Positions 24,709-33,586 of a stretch of DNA of 51,097 nucleotides are shown in pieces. Each line of letters starts with the position of its first letter. Positions within the stretch are counted from its first letter, which is position 1. The notes beneath the pieces are model-generated. The model worked only from the letters and a program-made list of their open reading frames with translations. It did not search any database and was not told the origin of the DNA. Origin of the DNA: Bacteroidota bacterium. GTDB taxonomy: Bacteria; Bacteroidota; Bacteroidia; Bacteroidales; VadinHA17. The translations under genes and the position numbers were made by a program. The stretch spans positions 1-51,097 of the forward strand of contig JAEYZD010000199.1 in NCBI GenBank assembly GCA_023430725.1. Reading direction: 5' to 3'.

Positions 24709-24716
24709 CAAATTTA
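24709..24716 (-). promoter_or_regulatory. -7 promoter box TAAATTTG (minus strand) for the Fnr-like gene
   Basis: + strand CAAATTTA. It lies 8 nt upstream of the ATG at 24700, which implies a very short leader. Confidence 0.35.
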
Positions 24717-24749
24717 GAACAATTAGTCAATAAATTCGTTCACCTTTCA

Positions 24750-24757
24750 TAATTTTG
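24750..24757 (+). promoter_or_regulatory. -7 promoter box TAATTTTG for the PHP phosphatase gene
   Basis: Perfect TAnnTTTG, 28 nt upstream of the ATG at 24786. Confidence 0.4.
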
Positions 24758-24785
24758 AGTCGGGGCAATCATTGATCAGGATACT

Positions 24786-25583
24786 ATGATCTACGGTACA
24801 GACTATCATGTTCACACAACATACAGTGACGGCAAGAGGGAGCCGGAGGCATATATTGAGGCAGCCCTTAAGCTGGGACTCAGGGAGATAGGGTTTTCAG
24901 ACCATCTCAATCCGGCGGGGGGGCCACCCGAGTGGTGCATGCCTCACGACAGGCTGCCGAAATACGCAGAACATATTCTGAAGCTAAAAAACGAACATAA
25001 AGACATTGCGGTAAGACTGGGCCTGGAGATCGATTACCTTCCGGGAACGGAGAAGGTTACTGACAGTATAATCAATTCTTTCCCCTTTGACTATATAATC
25101 GGATCTGTTCATTACCTGGGGGATGAGACCGTGGATCTCGGCCCTGAATTCTACATTGGAAAGGATATCGATCTGATCTATGAGAATTACTTCAATATGG
25201 TCTGCGAGGCAGCCTCGACCGGCTTTTTCGACATTATGGGGCACCCTGACCTCGTCCGCATCCATCGTTACCGGCCGGAATCAGACATCACACACCTTTA
25301 CAGCATGATGGCTTCAGCGTTCGAGATACATGATGTTGCCTTCGAACTGAACACAAACGGCCGGAACAAACCGCTGCGTGATTTCTATCCTGACAGCCGG
25401 TATCTGCAGATTTTTGCAGAGCACGGGGTACCTGTAACAGTAAACTCAGACGCACACTTTCCGGAGAGGGTGGGACAGTTTTTCAGTGAAGGATATGATC
25501 TGATCAAAAGGGCAGGATTCAGGGAAATGGCCGTTTTCTCAGGCCGTGAAAGATTCATGATACCCTTGCAGGGCAAATCCTGA
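24786..25583 (+). CDS. Histidinol-phosphatase, HisJ/PHP family
   Basis: PHP motifs DYHVHTTYSDG, GFSDH, GSVHY, MGHPD and NSDAH. Confidence 0.8.
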   Translation: MIYGTDYHVHTTYSDGKREPEAYIEAALKLGLREIGFSDHLNPAGGPPEWCMPHDRLPKYAEHILKLKNEHKDIAVRLGLEIDYLPGTEKVTDSIINSFPFDYIIGSVHYLGDETVDLGPEFYIGKDIDLIYENYFNMVCEAASTGFFDIMGHPDLVRIHRYRPESDITHLYSMMASAFEIHDVAFELNTNGRNKPLRDFYPDSRYLQIFAEHGVPVTVNSDAHFPERVGQFFSEGYDLIKRAGFREMAVFSGRERFMIPLQGKS

Positions 25584-25629
25584 GTTTCTCAGCCGTCAGC
25601 GAAAACACCTGGCCTGTCAGGTGGGTTCA

Positions 25630-26196
25630 TCAGCCCCCGGTCAGAAGATGCTCTGTCAGTATCCTTATCCCGATAGCTGCGAGTATCAGGCCGCCGATAA
25701 TCTCAACCCGTGAACCCAGACGGCTGCCGGCAGACTTGCCGATACGTATGGCTGTCATGGAAGCGATAAAGGTGACTGCCCCGATTATCACTCCGGCAGT
25801 CCAGATCTGCACTTTCAGGATGGCAAGGCTGATGCCTACCGCAAAAGCATCAATGCTTGTTCCCACAGCCATAGTCAGCAGCACGGACCAGCGGTTGATG
25901 TCAAGCGGAACTTTTTCCGCTCCGGCCTTCAATCCTTCAGATATCATCCGGACCCCGAGAAACATAAGAAGCAGGAAGGCAATCCAGTGGTCATATTTTT
26001 CGATGTAACCACTTACAGTTGAGCCGAGAAAATATCCAAGGACTGTCAGTCCGCCCTGGAACAGGGCAAGGATGAATGCAATCCTCATCGCATTGCGGAA
26101 ACGGATCTTTGACTCTATGACGCCACAGGAGAGCGAGACGGCGAAGGTGTCGAAAGAGAGGCCAAGGGCTATTGCTGCAATTGTAATCAGGTCCAT
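25630..26196 (-). CDS. mntP: Manganese efflux pump MntP
   Basis: 188 aa, six TM segments. Duplicated DxFAV motifs (SFDTFAVSL and SIDAFAVGI). Confidence 0.85.
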   Translation of the reverse strand: MDLITIAAIALGLSFDTFAVSLSCGVIESKIRFRNAMRIAFILALFQGGLTVLGYFLGSTVSGYIEKYDHWIAFLLLMFLGVRMISEGLKAGAEKVPLDINRWSVLLTMAVGTSIDAFAVGISLAILKVQIWTAGVIIGAVTFIASMTAIRIGKSAGSRLGSRVEIIGGLILAAIGIRILTEHLLTGG

Positions 26197-26255
26197 GTCT
26201 GACAGATGGCCGCAAAAATAGTAATAATTGCTATTTTTACCACCGGTTCGAGGTC

Positions 26256-26708
26256 ATGAGAATTGTAGTACAGAGAGTAAGGCGGGCATCCGTTTCAATT
26301 GACGGCCGGCAGCATTCAGTGATTGGCAAGGGGCTGCTGGTGCTTGCAGGCATTGAGGATGCTGATACATCTGAAGATGTTGCATGGCTCGCCGCGAAGG
26401 TGACAAACCTGCGGCTCTTTGACGACAGCCAGGGGGTGATGAATCTTTCTCTCCTTGAAACAGGAGACGAAATCATGATAGTGAGCCAGTTTACTCTTCA
26501 CGCATCTACTAGGAAGGGGAACAGACCTTCATATATCCGGGCGGCCCGGCCTGAGAAGGCAATACCACTTTACGAGGAATTTATTGCCCGGACAGGAGAT
26601 CTCCTGGGCCGCCAGCCAGCTACGGGCCTATTCGGGGCCATGATGGATGTTGAGCTGGTGAATGACGGTCCGGTTACAATAATCATTGACAGCAGGAACA
26701 GGGAATGA
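26256..26708 (+). CDS. dtd: D-aminoacyl-tRNA deacylase
   Basis: MRIVVQRV..ASV, SQFTL and NDGPVT motifs; 150 aa. Confidence 0.92.
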   Translation: MRIVVQRVRRASVSIDGRQHSVIGKGLLVLAGIEDADTSEDVAWLAAKVTNLRLFDDSQGVMNLSLLETGDEIMIVSQFTLHASTRKGNRPSYIRAARPEKAIPLYEEFIARTGDLLGRQPATGLFGAMMDVELVNDGPVTIIIDSRNRE

Positions 26709-28081
26709 CTGAGAACGAACTCAAGAGATCTGTACTCACTGTTACGGCCTTTGCCTCCTTCCTGACGCCGTTCATGGGATCGTCGGTAAACCTTGCGCTC
26801 CCCTCCATTGGCGATGAGTTCAACCTCAATGCCGTCACCCTGAACTGGATAGTGAGCAGCTACATGCTTACCACCTCGATGCTTCTGCTGCCAGCCGGAA
26901 GAGCCGGAGACATCCTGGGCCGCAGAAAGATGTTCACGGCCGGGATGGTTGTCTTTACCCTCTCGATGATTCTTCTGACCTTCACCCCGGGCATACGCTG
27001 GCTCATAGGAGCCAGGATCCTTCAAGGCATAGGCGGGGCTATGATGTTCGGAACAAACATGGCAATACTTACCTCAGTATTCCCGCCCGGAGAAAGAGGC
27101 AGGGCAATGGGCATAAACGTGACTGCAGTCTATGCCGGGCTTGCATCCGGGCCGTTCCTGGGAGGACTCCTCACCCGTTACCTGGGCTGGCGAAGCATCT
27201 TTGCGTTCCTGATTCCGATGGGTATCATAAGCCTTATACTCATACAAACGCGGATGAAGAAAGAGTGGGCTGAAGCAAAAGGAGAAAGCTTTGACTGGCC
27301 GGGATCCGTCATCTACGGGCTTGCAATGGCCACACTTATTTTCGGCTTCTCAAAGCTTCCCTCGGCACAGGGATGGATCATCACCGGTGCAGGCCTGATA
27401 CTCATGCCGCTCTTCGTGCTGAGAGAAAAGAGCGCTGTGCATCCCCTCTTCGACATAACCCTTATTTCGAGAAACAGGACCTTTGCCTTCTCAAGCCTGG
27501 CGGCCCTGATACACTATGCCGCAACCAGCGCCATCGGTTTCTTCCTCAGCCTGTTCCTCCAGTACATAAAAGACCTGGGACCGCGTGATGCAGGATTCGT
27601 GCTGATGTCGTGGCCCATTACAATGGCCCTCTTCTCACCGCTTGCCGGGAAACTGTCAGACCGCCATAACCCAGGGGTGCTTGCCTCCATCGGGATGGCA
27701 ATCTCCGCAGCCGGACTTGTATTGCTCTGTTTCCTTGATGAGCAGACTTCAGTGACGTTTATCGTTTCTGTTCTGATTATCATGGGCGCAGGATTCTCCC
27801 TCTTCTCCTCCCCCAATTCAAATGCAATAATGAGCTCGGTGGAGAAACGGCAGCTGGGAAATGCCTCGGGAATGCTTGGTACTATGAGAAACGTGGGTCA
27901 AACCTTCAGCATGGCAATAGCACTGATGCTTCTCGCACTGTACATGGGACAGGAAAAAATCAATCCTGACAATTATCCGCAGCTTATGAGTTCAATGAAA
28001 AGCGGATTCATCGTTTTCTCAATTCTCTGCTTCGCGGGAATTTTTGCCTCACTGGCAAGAAACAAAAGCCTTCGCAAATAG
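26705..28081 (+). CDS. MFS transporter, DHA2 (14-TMS, EmrB/QacA-like) type
   Basis: Motif A-like GRAGDILGRRKM. About 14 hydrophobic segments. Start overlaps the dtd stop (ATGA). Confidence 0.8.
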   Translation: MTENELKRSVLTVTAFASFLTPFMGSSVNLALPSIGDEFNLNAVTLNWIVSSYMLTTSMLLLPAGRAGDILGRRKMFTAGMVVFTLSMILLTFTPGIRWLIGARILQGIGGAMMFGTNMAILTSVFPPGERGRAMGINVTAVYAGLASGPFLGGLLTRYLGWRSIFAFLIPMGIISLILIQTRMKKEWAEAKGESFDWPGSVIYGLAMATLIFGFSKLPSAQGWIITGAGLILMPLFVLREKSAVHPLFDITLISRNRTFAFSSLAALIHYAATSAIGFFLSLFLQYIKDLGPRDAGFVLMSWPITMALFSPLAGKLSDRHNPGVLASIGMAISAAGLVLLCFLDEQTSVTFIVSVLIIMGAGFSLFSSPNSNAIMSSVEKRQLGNASGMLGTMRNVGQTFSMAIALMLLALYMGQEKINPDNYPQLMSSMKSGFIVFSILCFAGIFASLARNKSLRK

Positions 28082-28176
28082 TCTGATTTTTATTTGCTTT
28101 TCAGTAAAAACCACTAAATTGACCCGCGTTTTACTGCAGGTACGCCAGGTTTTCCCGGCAATACACAAAACACATT

Positions 28177-29049
28177 ATGAGCAAATTATACGAAAAACTC
28201 CTTAATCACGACTACTCACCTGATGAGATGGTTGAGTGCATTGAAGAGGCCAGAAAGGTCCCGGGCCCGGCAGAACGGGCCCCGCTGCTGAGGGAGATTT
28301 TCTCCTGTCTTGACCTTACAAGCCTTAACACACAGGACAGTGACGGATCAATCCGCAGCTTCACCGAAAGAGCCGCCAACTTCAGCTTCAGCTTCAGTGA
28401 CATCAGCAATGTTGCTGCTCTCTGTGTCTATCCCAATTTTGTGACCGTGGTACGCGAGGGGCTGGGCAACAGCGGACTCAGGGTGGCAGTAGTCTCGGCA
28501 TCTTTTCCTACAGCTCAGACATTCAATGAGGTAAAGGTCCTCGAGACATCAATGGCCGTGAGGATGGGAGCCGATGAGATCGATGTTGTAATCCCCGTCG
28601 GGACCTTCATGGAGGGGGCATACGACAGGGTCATTGATGAGCTTAAAGCCATCAGGTGCGCTGCCGGCGAGACAACCCTTAAGGTGATACTTGAGACAGG
28701 CCTGCTCAAAGACGAGAGAAACATATACCGGGCATCGGTCATTGCAATGGAATCAGGTGCAGACTTCATCAAGACATCCACCGGCAAGAGTCCTGTGTCA
28801 GCAACTCCCGAAGCAGCATGGGTGATGTGCCGTGCAATTCGTGATTACTACAACGAGACGGGCATAATGATAGGCTTCAAGCCTGCCGGCGGAATCGTCG
28901 CCCCCGACGATGCCCTCGTATACTATTTCATCGTGAAGAACATGCTTGGCGCCAGGTGGCTCACCCCTGAGTATTTCCGGATAGGAGCATCGCGCCTGGC
29001 CAACAATATACTTTCGGAACTTTACCCCGGCAAACCAGCCTACTTTTAG
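28177..29049 (+). CDS. deoC: Deoxyribose-phosphate aldolase (long form)
   Basis: Schiff-base lysine context DFIKTSTGK, followed by GFKPAGGI. Confidence 0.85.
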   Translation: MSKLYEKLLNHDYSPDEMVECIEEARKVPGPAERAPLLREIFSCLDLTSLNTQDSDGSIRSFTERAANFSFSFSDISNVAALCVYPNFVTVVREGLGNSGLRVAVVSASFPTAQTFNEVKVLETSMAVRMGADEIDVVIPVGTFMEGAYDRVIDELKAIRCAAGETTLKVILETGLLKDERNIYRASVIAMESGADFIKTSTGKSPVSATPEAAWVMCRAIRDYYNETGIMIGFKPAGGIVAPDDALVYYFIVKNMLGARWLTPEYFRIGASRLANNILSELYPGKPAYF

Positions 29050-29058
29050 ACCAGAAAG

Positions 29059-29916
29059 ATGAACACCGGTTCCGGCGATACCCTGAGTGTTGCTGCTGAC
29101 ACCCTCGATGTACCTGTTCAGCAGGAAGAGTTCAGCCTTGGCCGGATCATCCCCGTCAGGTCACTGACCATTGCCGGCAGTGAGAGTGATCAGTCTGCCT
29201 CCGGGCTCAGCATTGATCATATCGCGGGTCTCAGGCGCGCTGACGGGGAAGCAAGGCCGGCTGAACTGATCAACACGGATGTGAGCTTTGTCTTGCTCTC
29301 CCTTTCCCTCATGATAATTACGGTGCTTGCCGTATTCTTCCGCAAGAGCATAATAAGCGGCCTTGCATCAATCAATTTCAGGAGGCACGGAGAGGTGACT
29401 CCTCCCGGCACATCTGAGGTTTTTTCCTGGCCCCCGATACTCAGAAACATTTTCACAGTGCTGAACATCAGTCTCTTTTCAGCTATCACAATCCTGACCA
29501 TGGGACTGGCCATCCCGGGCCTGTTCGGAGGATTCACCGGAATGACAGCGGTGCTCGCAGGCTCTTTTCTTGCTGCACTGCTGATCAGGCACCTGACAAC
29601 AATCGTCCTGGCAGAAATAACCGGTCTTCAAAGTCTCTACCGGGATTATATGAATATTGTCTATAATACCTGGTTCGCCTGCGCCCTTTTCCTTTTCATA
29701 ATCAACACAATCATCCTTTTTGTACCCCTGGGAAACCCTTCTCCTGTTATAAAAACAGGCCTGATAATTGTTTCTATTTTTCTTATTATCAGAACCTTAA
29801 GGCTTATATCGATTTTTATCGACAGGCATGTTTCACTTTTTTATTTCATTTTGTACCTTTGTGCCCTTGAAGTCTTGCCCGTCCTGGTCACTTTTAAGTT
29901 ACTCGGCGCGTTCTGA
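29059..29916 (+). CDS. DUF4271-like polytopic membrane protein
   Basis: Soluble N-terminus followed by ~6 TM segments. Position immediately upstream of the hemD-like gene is the usual Bacteroidota arrangement. Confidence 0.6.
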   Translation: MNTGSGDTLSVAADTLDVPVQQEEFSLGRIIPVRSLTIAGSESDQSASGLSIDHIAGLRRADGEARPAELINTDVSFVLLSLSLMIITVLAVFFRKSIISGLASINFRRHGEVTPPGTSEVFSWPPILRNIFTVLNISLFSAITILTMGLAIPGLFGGFTGMTAVLAGSFLAALLIRHLTTIVLAEITGLQSLYRDYMNIVYNTWFACALFLFIINTIILFVPLGNPSPVIKTGLIIVSIFLIIRTLRLISIFIDRHVSLFYFILYLCALEVLPVLVTFKLLGAF

Positions 29917-29958
29917 CCAGCGGCAGGAAAGTGGAGGTTGAACTAAAAACTTAAGGCT

Positions 29959-30708
29959 TTGAAAATAAGGAAGGTATTAGTGTCGCAGCCTGAGCCGAAC
30001 AATCCGAAATCACCATATTTCGAGCTCGCTAAAAAATACAACCTGAAGATAGACTTCAAACAGTTTATCCAGGTTGAAGGGATTTCTGCGAAGGATTTCC
30101 GGCAACAGAAGGTAAATCTAGCTGATTTCACGGCAATAATCTTCACATCCAAGACCGCAATTGATCATTTTTTCAGGATCTGCGAAGAGATGAGATTCTC
30201 TGTTCCTGATACAATGAAGTACTTCTGCATAACAGAGAACGTTGCTTTTTACCTGCAGAAATACATAGTTTACCGCAAACGCAAGATCTTCCACGGCAAG
30301 GCAAATTTTGAAGACCTCATTGACGTAATCATTAAGCATAAGGAAGAAAACTTCTTTGTGCCCCTCTCAGACCCGCACAAATCAGACATTCCCGAACTGC
30401 TTGAAAATCACAAGATAAAGCACACGATTGGGACAATGTACCGTACAATCAGCCGAGATTTCAATTCGTCGGAGCTCGATTATGACATGCTGATTTTCTT
30501 CAGCCCTTCAGGTATCAAGTCACTGAAGGAAAACTACCCCACCTTCGTGCAGGGCGATGTTAAAATTGCTGCTTTCGGACCAACAACCGCCGAGGCGGTC
30601 CTCAACGAAGGATTCAGGCTGGATCTGCAGGCACCCAACCCCAAGTCACCGTCAATGACTATGGCCCTCGACTGCTTCCTAAGGGAATTTAACAGGAACC
30701 ACAAATAG
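29959..30708 (+). CDS. hemD: Uroporphyrinogen-III synthase (HemD-like)
   Basis: MKIRKVLVSQPEP..KSPYFELAKKYNLKIDF matches the Bacteroidota HemD-like N-terminus as I recall it. TTG start. Confidence 0.7.
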   Translation: MKIRKVLVSQPEPNNPKSPYFELAKKYNLKIDFKQFIQVEGISAKDFRQQKVNLADFTAIIFTSKTAIDHFFRICEEMRFSVPDTMKYFCITENVAFYLQKYIVYRKRKIFHGKANFEDLIDVIIKHKEENFFVPLSDPHKSDIPELLENHKIKHTIGTMYRTISRDFNSSELDYDMLIFFSPSGIKSLKENYPTFVQGDVKIAAFGPTTAEAVLNEGFRLDLQAPNPKSPSMTMALDCFLREFNRNHK

Positions 30709-30736
30709 CGAAAATAAAAATATAACGCCTGAACGG

Positions 30737-30772
30737 AAGCATCCATCCCCCGGGATCGATGCTTTCTCTTTC
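30737..30772 (+). terminator. Strong hairpin plus T-rich tail between hemD and rnpA
   Basis: AAGCATC-c-ATCCC..GGGAT-c-GATGCTT at 30737-30764 (12 of 13 pairs), then TCTCTTTCATT. Ends 4 nt before the rnpA ATG. Confidence 0.5.
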
Positions 30773-30775
30773 ATT

Positions 30776-31168
30776 ATGAAAACCCTGCGGGAATCATTTC
30801 CAAAAAACGAGAGACTCTGCGGAGTGAAACTCATCAGCGGGATGTTTGCTGATGGCCGTTCCCTGAATCTTCCCCACATCAGGGTGATCTACAGGTTCAG
30901 CCCGGCCATGAGCGAGATGCCCCCGGTAAGGGTGCTTATCTCAGTTCCAAAACGTCACTTCAAGAGAGCCGTGGACCGCAATCTGATGCGCAGGCGACTC
31001 CGGGAAGCCTGGAGAAGACAAAGACAACCGCTGCTGGATCTCCTCAGGGAGAAGGAGATGCACGCTGACCTTGTGCTGATATGGACCGACACGGAAATCA
31101 AACCCTATGACATTGCGGAAAAAGTCATAAAGGGAGTCATAGCAAAAGTGTCAGGGCTTAAATATTAA
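30776..31168 (+). CDS. rnpA: Ribonuclease P protein component
   Basis: FPKNERL start motif. Basic RNR-like stretch AVDRNLMRRRLREAWR. 130 aa. Confidence 0.88.
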   Translation: MKTLRESFPKNERLCGVKLISGMFADGRSLNLPHIRVIYRFSPAMSEMPPVRVLISVPKRHFKRAVDRNLMRRRLREAWRRQRQPLLDLLREKEMHADLVLIWTDTEIKPYDIAEKVIKGVIAKVSGLKY

Positions 31169-31187
31169 CTTTGTGAAAATTTGCCGT

Positions 31188-32861
31188 ATGAAAAACAGCT
31201 TTAAGAAAAAAATCATACTGATCCCCGCAGTAGCACTGACAGCACTGCTTACACTCGGATTCCTGGCCGGCGGACAGGACAACAGGGACTTCAAACTGAC
31301 CAAGAACATTGACATTTACATATCACTCTTCAGGGAACTCAATGCATTCTATGTTGACGAGATAGATCCGGAAAAGCTTGTGCACAAAAGCATTAACAGC
31401 ATGCTTGCAACCCTCGATCCGTATACAGTCTTCTACCCGGAGGAGGAAACTGGAGACCTTGACTTCATGACAACAGGCAAGTATGGCGGATTCGGATCCC
31501 TGATCAGAAAATCAGGTGATTATATAGTAGTAACTAATGTCTATAAGGGATTCCCCGCCGACAAAAGCGGCATCAGGCCGGGAGATATCATGATCAGCAT
31601 TGACGGCAAATCGCTTCGCGGCGTATCTTCAGATAAAGCATCTGATATGCTCAAGGGAGAGCCTGGTACAGAAGCTGAGATTTTAATAAGACGCAATGGG
31701 GAAGAGCTCACCAAAAAGGTGAAACGGGAGAGAATTGCAATTTCCGCAGTGCCATACTACGGAATGGTAGATGAAAACACGGGTTATATAAGGTTTACAA
31801 ACTTCACGCAGAATTGCATTGCCGAGGTAAGGGAGGCACTTATTGACCTGAAGGAGAGGCAGGGCGCCCAGGACCTGATACTGGACCTGAGAAGCAACCC
31901 TGGAGGCCTTGTTAATGAGGCTGTTGAAATTGTCAACCTGTTTGTGAAACCGGGCCAGGAGGTTGTAAGCACCAGGGGAAGAGCGAAGCAGTATGATGCG
32001 GTATTCCGCACAACCAAGACACCTGTGGCTCCTGACATGCCACTTATCGTGCTTATCAACAGAGCCTCGGCATCAGCCTCTGAAATAGTGGCAGGGGCAA
32101 TCCAGGATCTTGACCGTGGAGTCATCATCGGGGAAAGATCCTATGGCAAGGGACTGGTTCAGGTGGCCAGGCCTCTCAGCTATAAGGCCCAGGTCAAGAT
32201 GACTACTGCAAAATACTATATACCAAGCGGCAGGTGCATCCAGGCCGTCGACTTCTCACACCCCAACGAGGACGGCAGTGTGGGAGTAATTCCTGATTCA
32301 CTGATCAGGACTTTCAAGACAAAAAACGGCAGGCCGGTGAAGGACGGCGGCGGAATAATACCTGATGTTACAGTGCCGTCTGACATGCTCCAGCGATTTG
32401 CAAGCGAGCTCTATGTCCAGAATATGGTCTTCGACTTTGCAACAAAATATTACTGGTCGCATCCGCAGCCATCAGCGCTTGACAGCATTGATATCACGGA
32501 TCAGGATCTGGATCAGTTCAGGTCATTTCTTGCCGAAAGGAAATTCACCTACAAGAGCGGCTCCGAGAGCCTCCTTGATGAGCTGGTTTCTGCGGCGGGA
32601 GAAGAGGGTCTGTACGAGCAAAACCGGGGTACGATAGAACAACTGAAATCAGGCCTTGGACACAGCCTCGAAAGGGATATGGTTCTGTACAGGTCGGAAG
32701 TTGAGGAACTCCTTGAATCTGAGCTTGCCGGAAGATACTTCTATGACTGGGGAATGGTTAAATATTCAGTGAACCGTGACACCCAGATTAAGGAGGCAAT
32801 TAAAACAGCCGGAGACAGGTCCGTATATGCCTCCCTTCTGAAGACGCCGGCAGGCATCTGA
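31188..32861 (+). CDS. S41 family C-terminal processing peptidase with PDZ domain
   Basis: PDZ (GIRPGDIMISIDGKSL). Catalytic Ser context RSNPGGL...NRASASASEI. Lys in YGKGLVQ. The ATG at 31188 is preferred over the GTG at 31173. Confidence 0.88.
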   Translation: MKNSFKKKIILIPAVALTALLTLGFLAGGQDNRDFKLTKNIDIYISLFRELNAFYVDEIDPEKLVHKSINSMLATLDPYTVFYPEEETGDLDFMTTGKYGGFGSLIRKSGDYIVVTNVYKGFPADKSGIRPGDIMISIDGKSLRGVSSDKASDMLKGEPGTEAEILIRRNGEELTKKVKRERIAISAVPYYGMVDENTGYIRFTNFTQNCIAEVREALIDLKERQGAQDLILDLRSNPGGLVNEAVEIVNLFVKPGQEVVSTRGRAKQYDAVFRTTKTPVAPDMPLIVLINRASASASEIVAGAIQDLDRGVIIGERSYGKGLVQVARPLSYKAQVKMTTAKYYIPSGRCIQAVDFSHPNEDGSVGVIPDSLIRTFKTKNGRPVKDGGGIIPDVTVPSDMLQRFASELYVQNMVFDFATKYYWSHPQPSALDSIDITDQDLDQFRSFLAERKFTYKSGSESLLDELVSAAGEEGLYEQNRGTIEQLKSGLGHSLERDMVLYRSEVEELLESELAGRYFYDWGMVKYSVNRDTQIKEAIKTAGDRSVYASLLKTPAGI

Positions 32862-32909
32862 CTGAAGACACCGACGGGCATCTGAAAGAAGATGCAGGCA
32901 GGCATCTGG
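32838..32909 (+). repeat. 3 x 24-bp imperfect tandem repeat spanning the S41 peptidase stop codon
   Basis: Units are ctgaagacgccggcaggcatctga, ctgaagacaccgacgggcatctga and aagaagatgcaggcaggcatctgg. By eye, unit 2 matches unit 1 at 21/24 and unit 3 at 19/24. Confidence 0.85.
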
Positions 32910-32929
32910 TAACAGCCTGAGGCTGCAAT

Positions 32930-33331
32930 TCAGAAAAGCTCCTTTTTCCAGACCGGAAGCTTCTCCTTGACCATCTCGAGGGTGTGGCGGCATGCCCTTG
33001 TGGCATGGTCACGGTGACCCGCCGAAACCATTATGAACAGAGATGTTTCGCCTGCCCTGACCACTCCCAGGGAGTGGACAATTATAACTGACCTGACATC
33101 GCTGAAAGCGCTTCTGACAGTGGCTGCAATCCCGTCAGCTTCCCTGACTGCCATCTCCTCGTAGGCTGAATATTCTATTGCCGTAACACGTTTGCCGTCA
33201 ACCTCATCGTCACGAACTTTGCCGATAAATACGGAGAGAGCTCCTGTGCCGGCATCGTCATTGCCAAGAGTCATAAGTTCGGAGATAAGAACAGGGGTTA
33301 TCGGCCCCCCGACCAGGTACCTGTTTTTCAT
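32930..33331 (-). CDS. moaE: Molybdopterin synthase catalytic subunit MoaE
   Basis: C-terminal MoaE pattern SAGHRDHATRACRHTLEMVKEKLPVWKKE. Start placed at MKNRYL (33331); the ORF-track start at 33379 would overlap moaD by 32 nt. Confidence 0.8.
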   Translation of the reverse strand: MKNRYLVGGPITPVLISELMTLGNDDAGTGALSVFIGKVRDDEVDGKRVTAIEYSAYEEMAVREADGIAATVRSAFSDVRSVIIVHSLGVVRAGETSLFIMVSAGHRDHATRACRHTLEMVKEKLPVWKKELF

Positions 33332-33347
33332 TCTAAGCAGTTGTTGA

Positions 33348-33584
33348 TCATCCCCCCTGAAAAGGAGGCAGTATTGCAATTACATCATTTGCATTCAGAC
33401 GGGTCTCCCCTTTAAGCAACGATTTGTTAAGCGCCATCCTGTAGGGCACTGAAGCCAGAGCGGGGTGTCTTTCAGTCAGCTGCCGGCGAAGCGATTCAGT
33501 ATCCGCAGCCGTGAACAGCTCCTCCGTTGTTCCGGCAGCTTCGGCTGCTGCAGCGAAATATAGCACCCTGATCTTTGTCTCCAT
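33348..33584 (-). CDS. moaD: Molybdopterin synthase sulfur-carrier subunit MoaD (ThiS/MoaD ubiquitin-like)
   Basis: 78 aa. Ends in the diagnostic C-terminal Gly-Gly (ILPPFQGG). Confidence 0.8.
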   Translation of the reverse strand: METKIRVLYFAAAAEAAGTTEELFTAADTESLRRQLTERHPALASVPYRMALNKSLLKGETRLNANDVIAILPPFQGG

Positions 33585-33586
33585 TG

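Noticed and set aside
26197-26255. Possible yybP-ykoY manganese riboswitch upstream of mntP
   Set aside because: Only about 59 nt separate mntP from the divergent dtd start. That is too short for the four-helix riboswitch, and no conserved core is visible.
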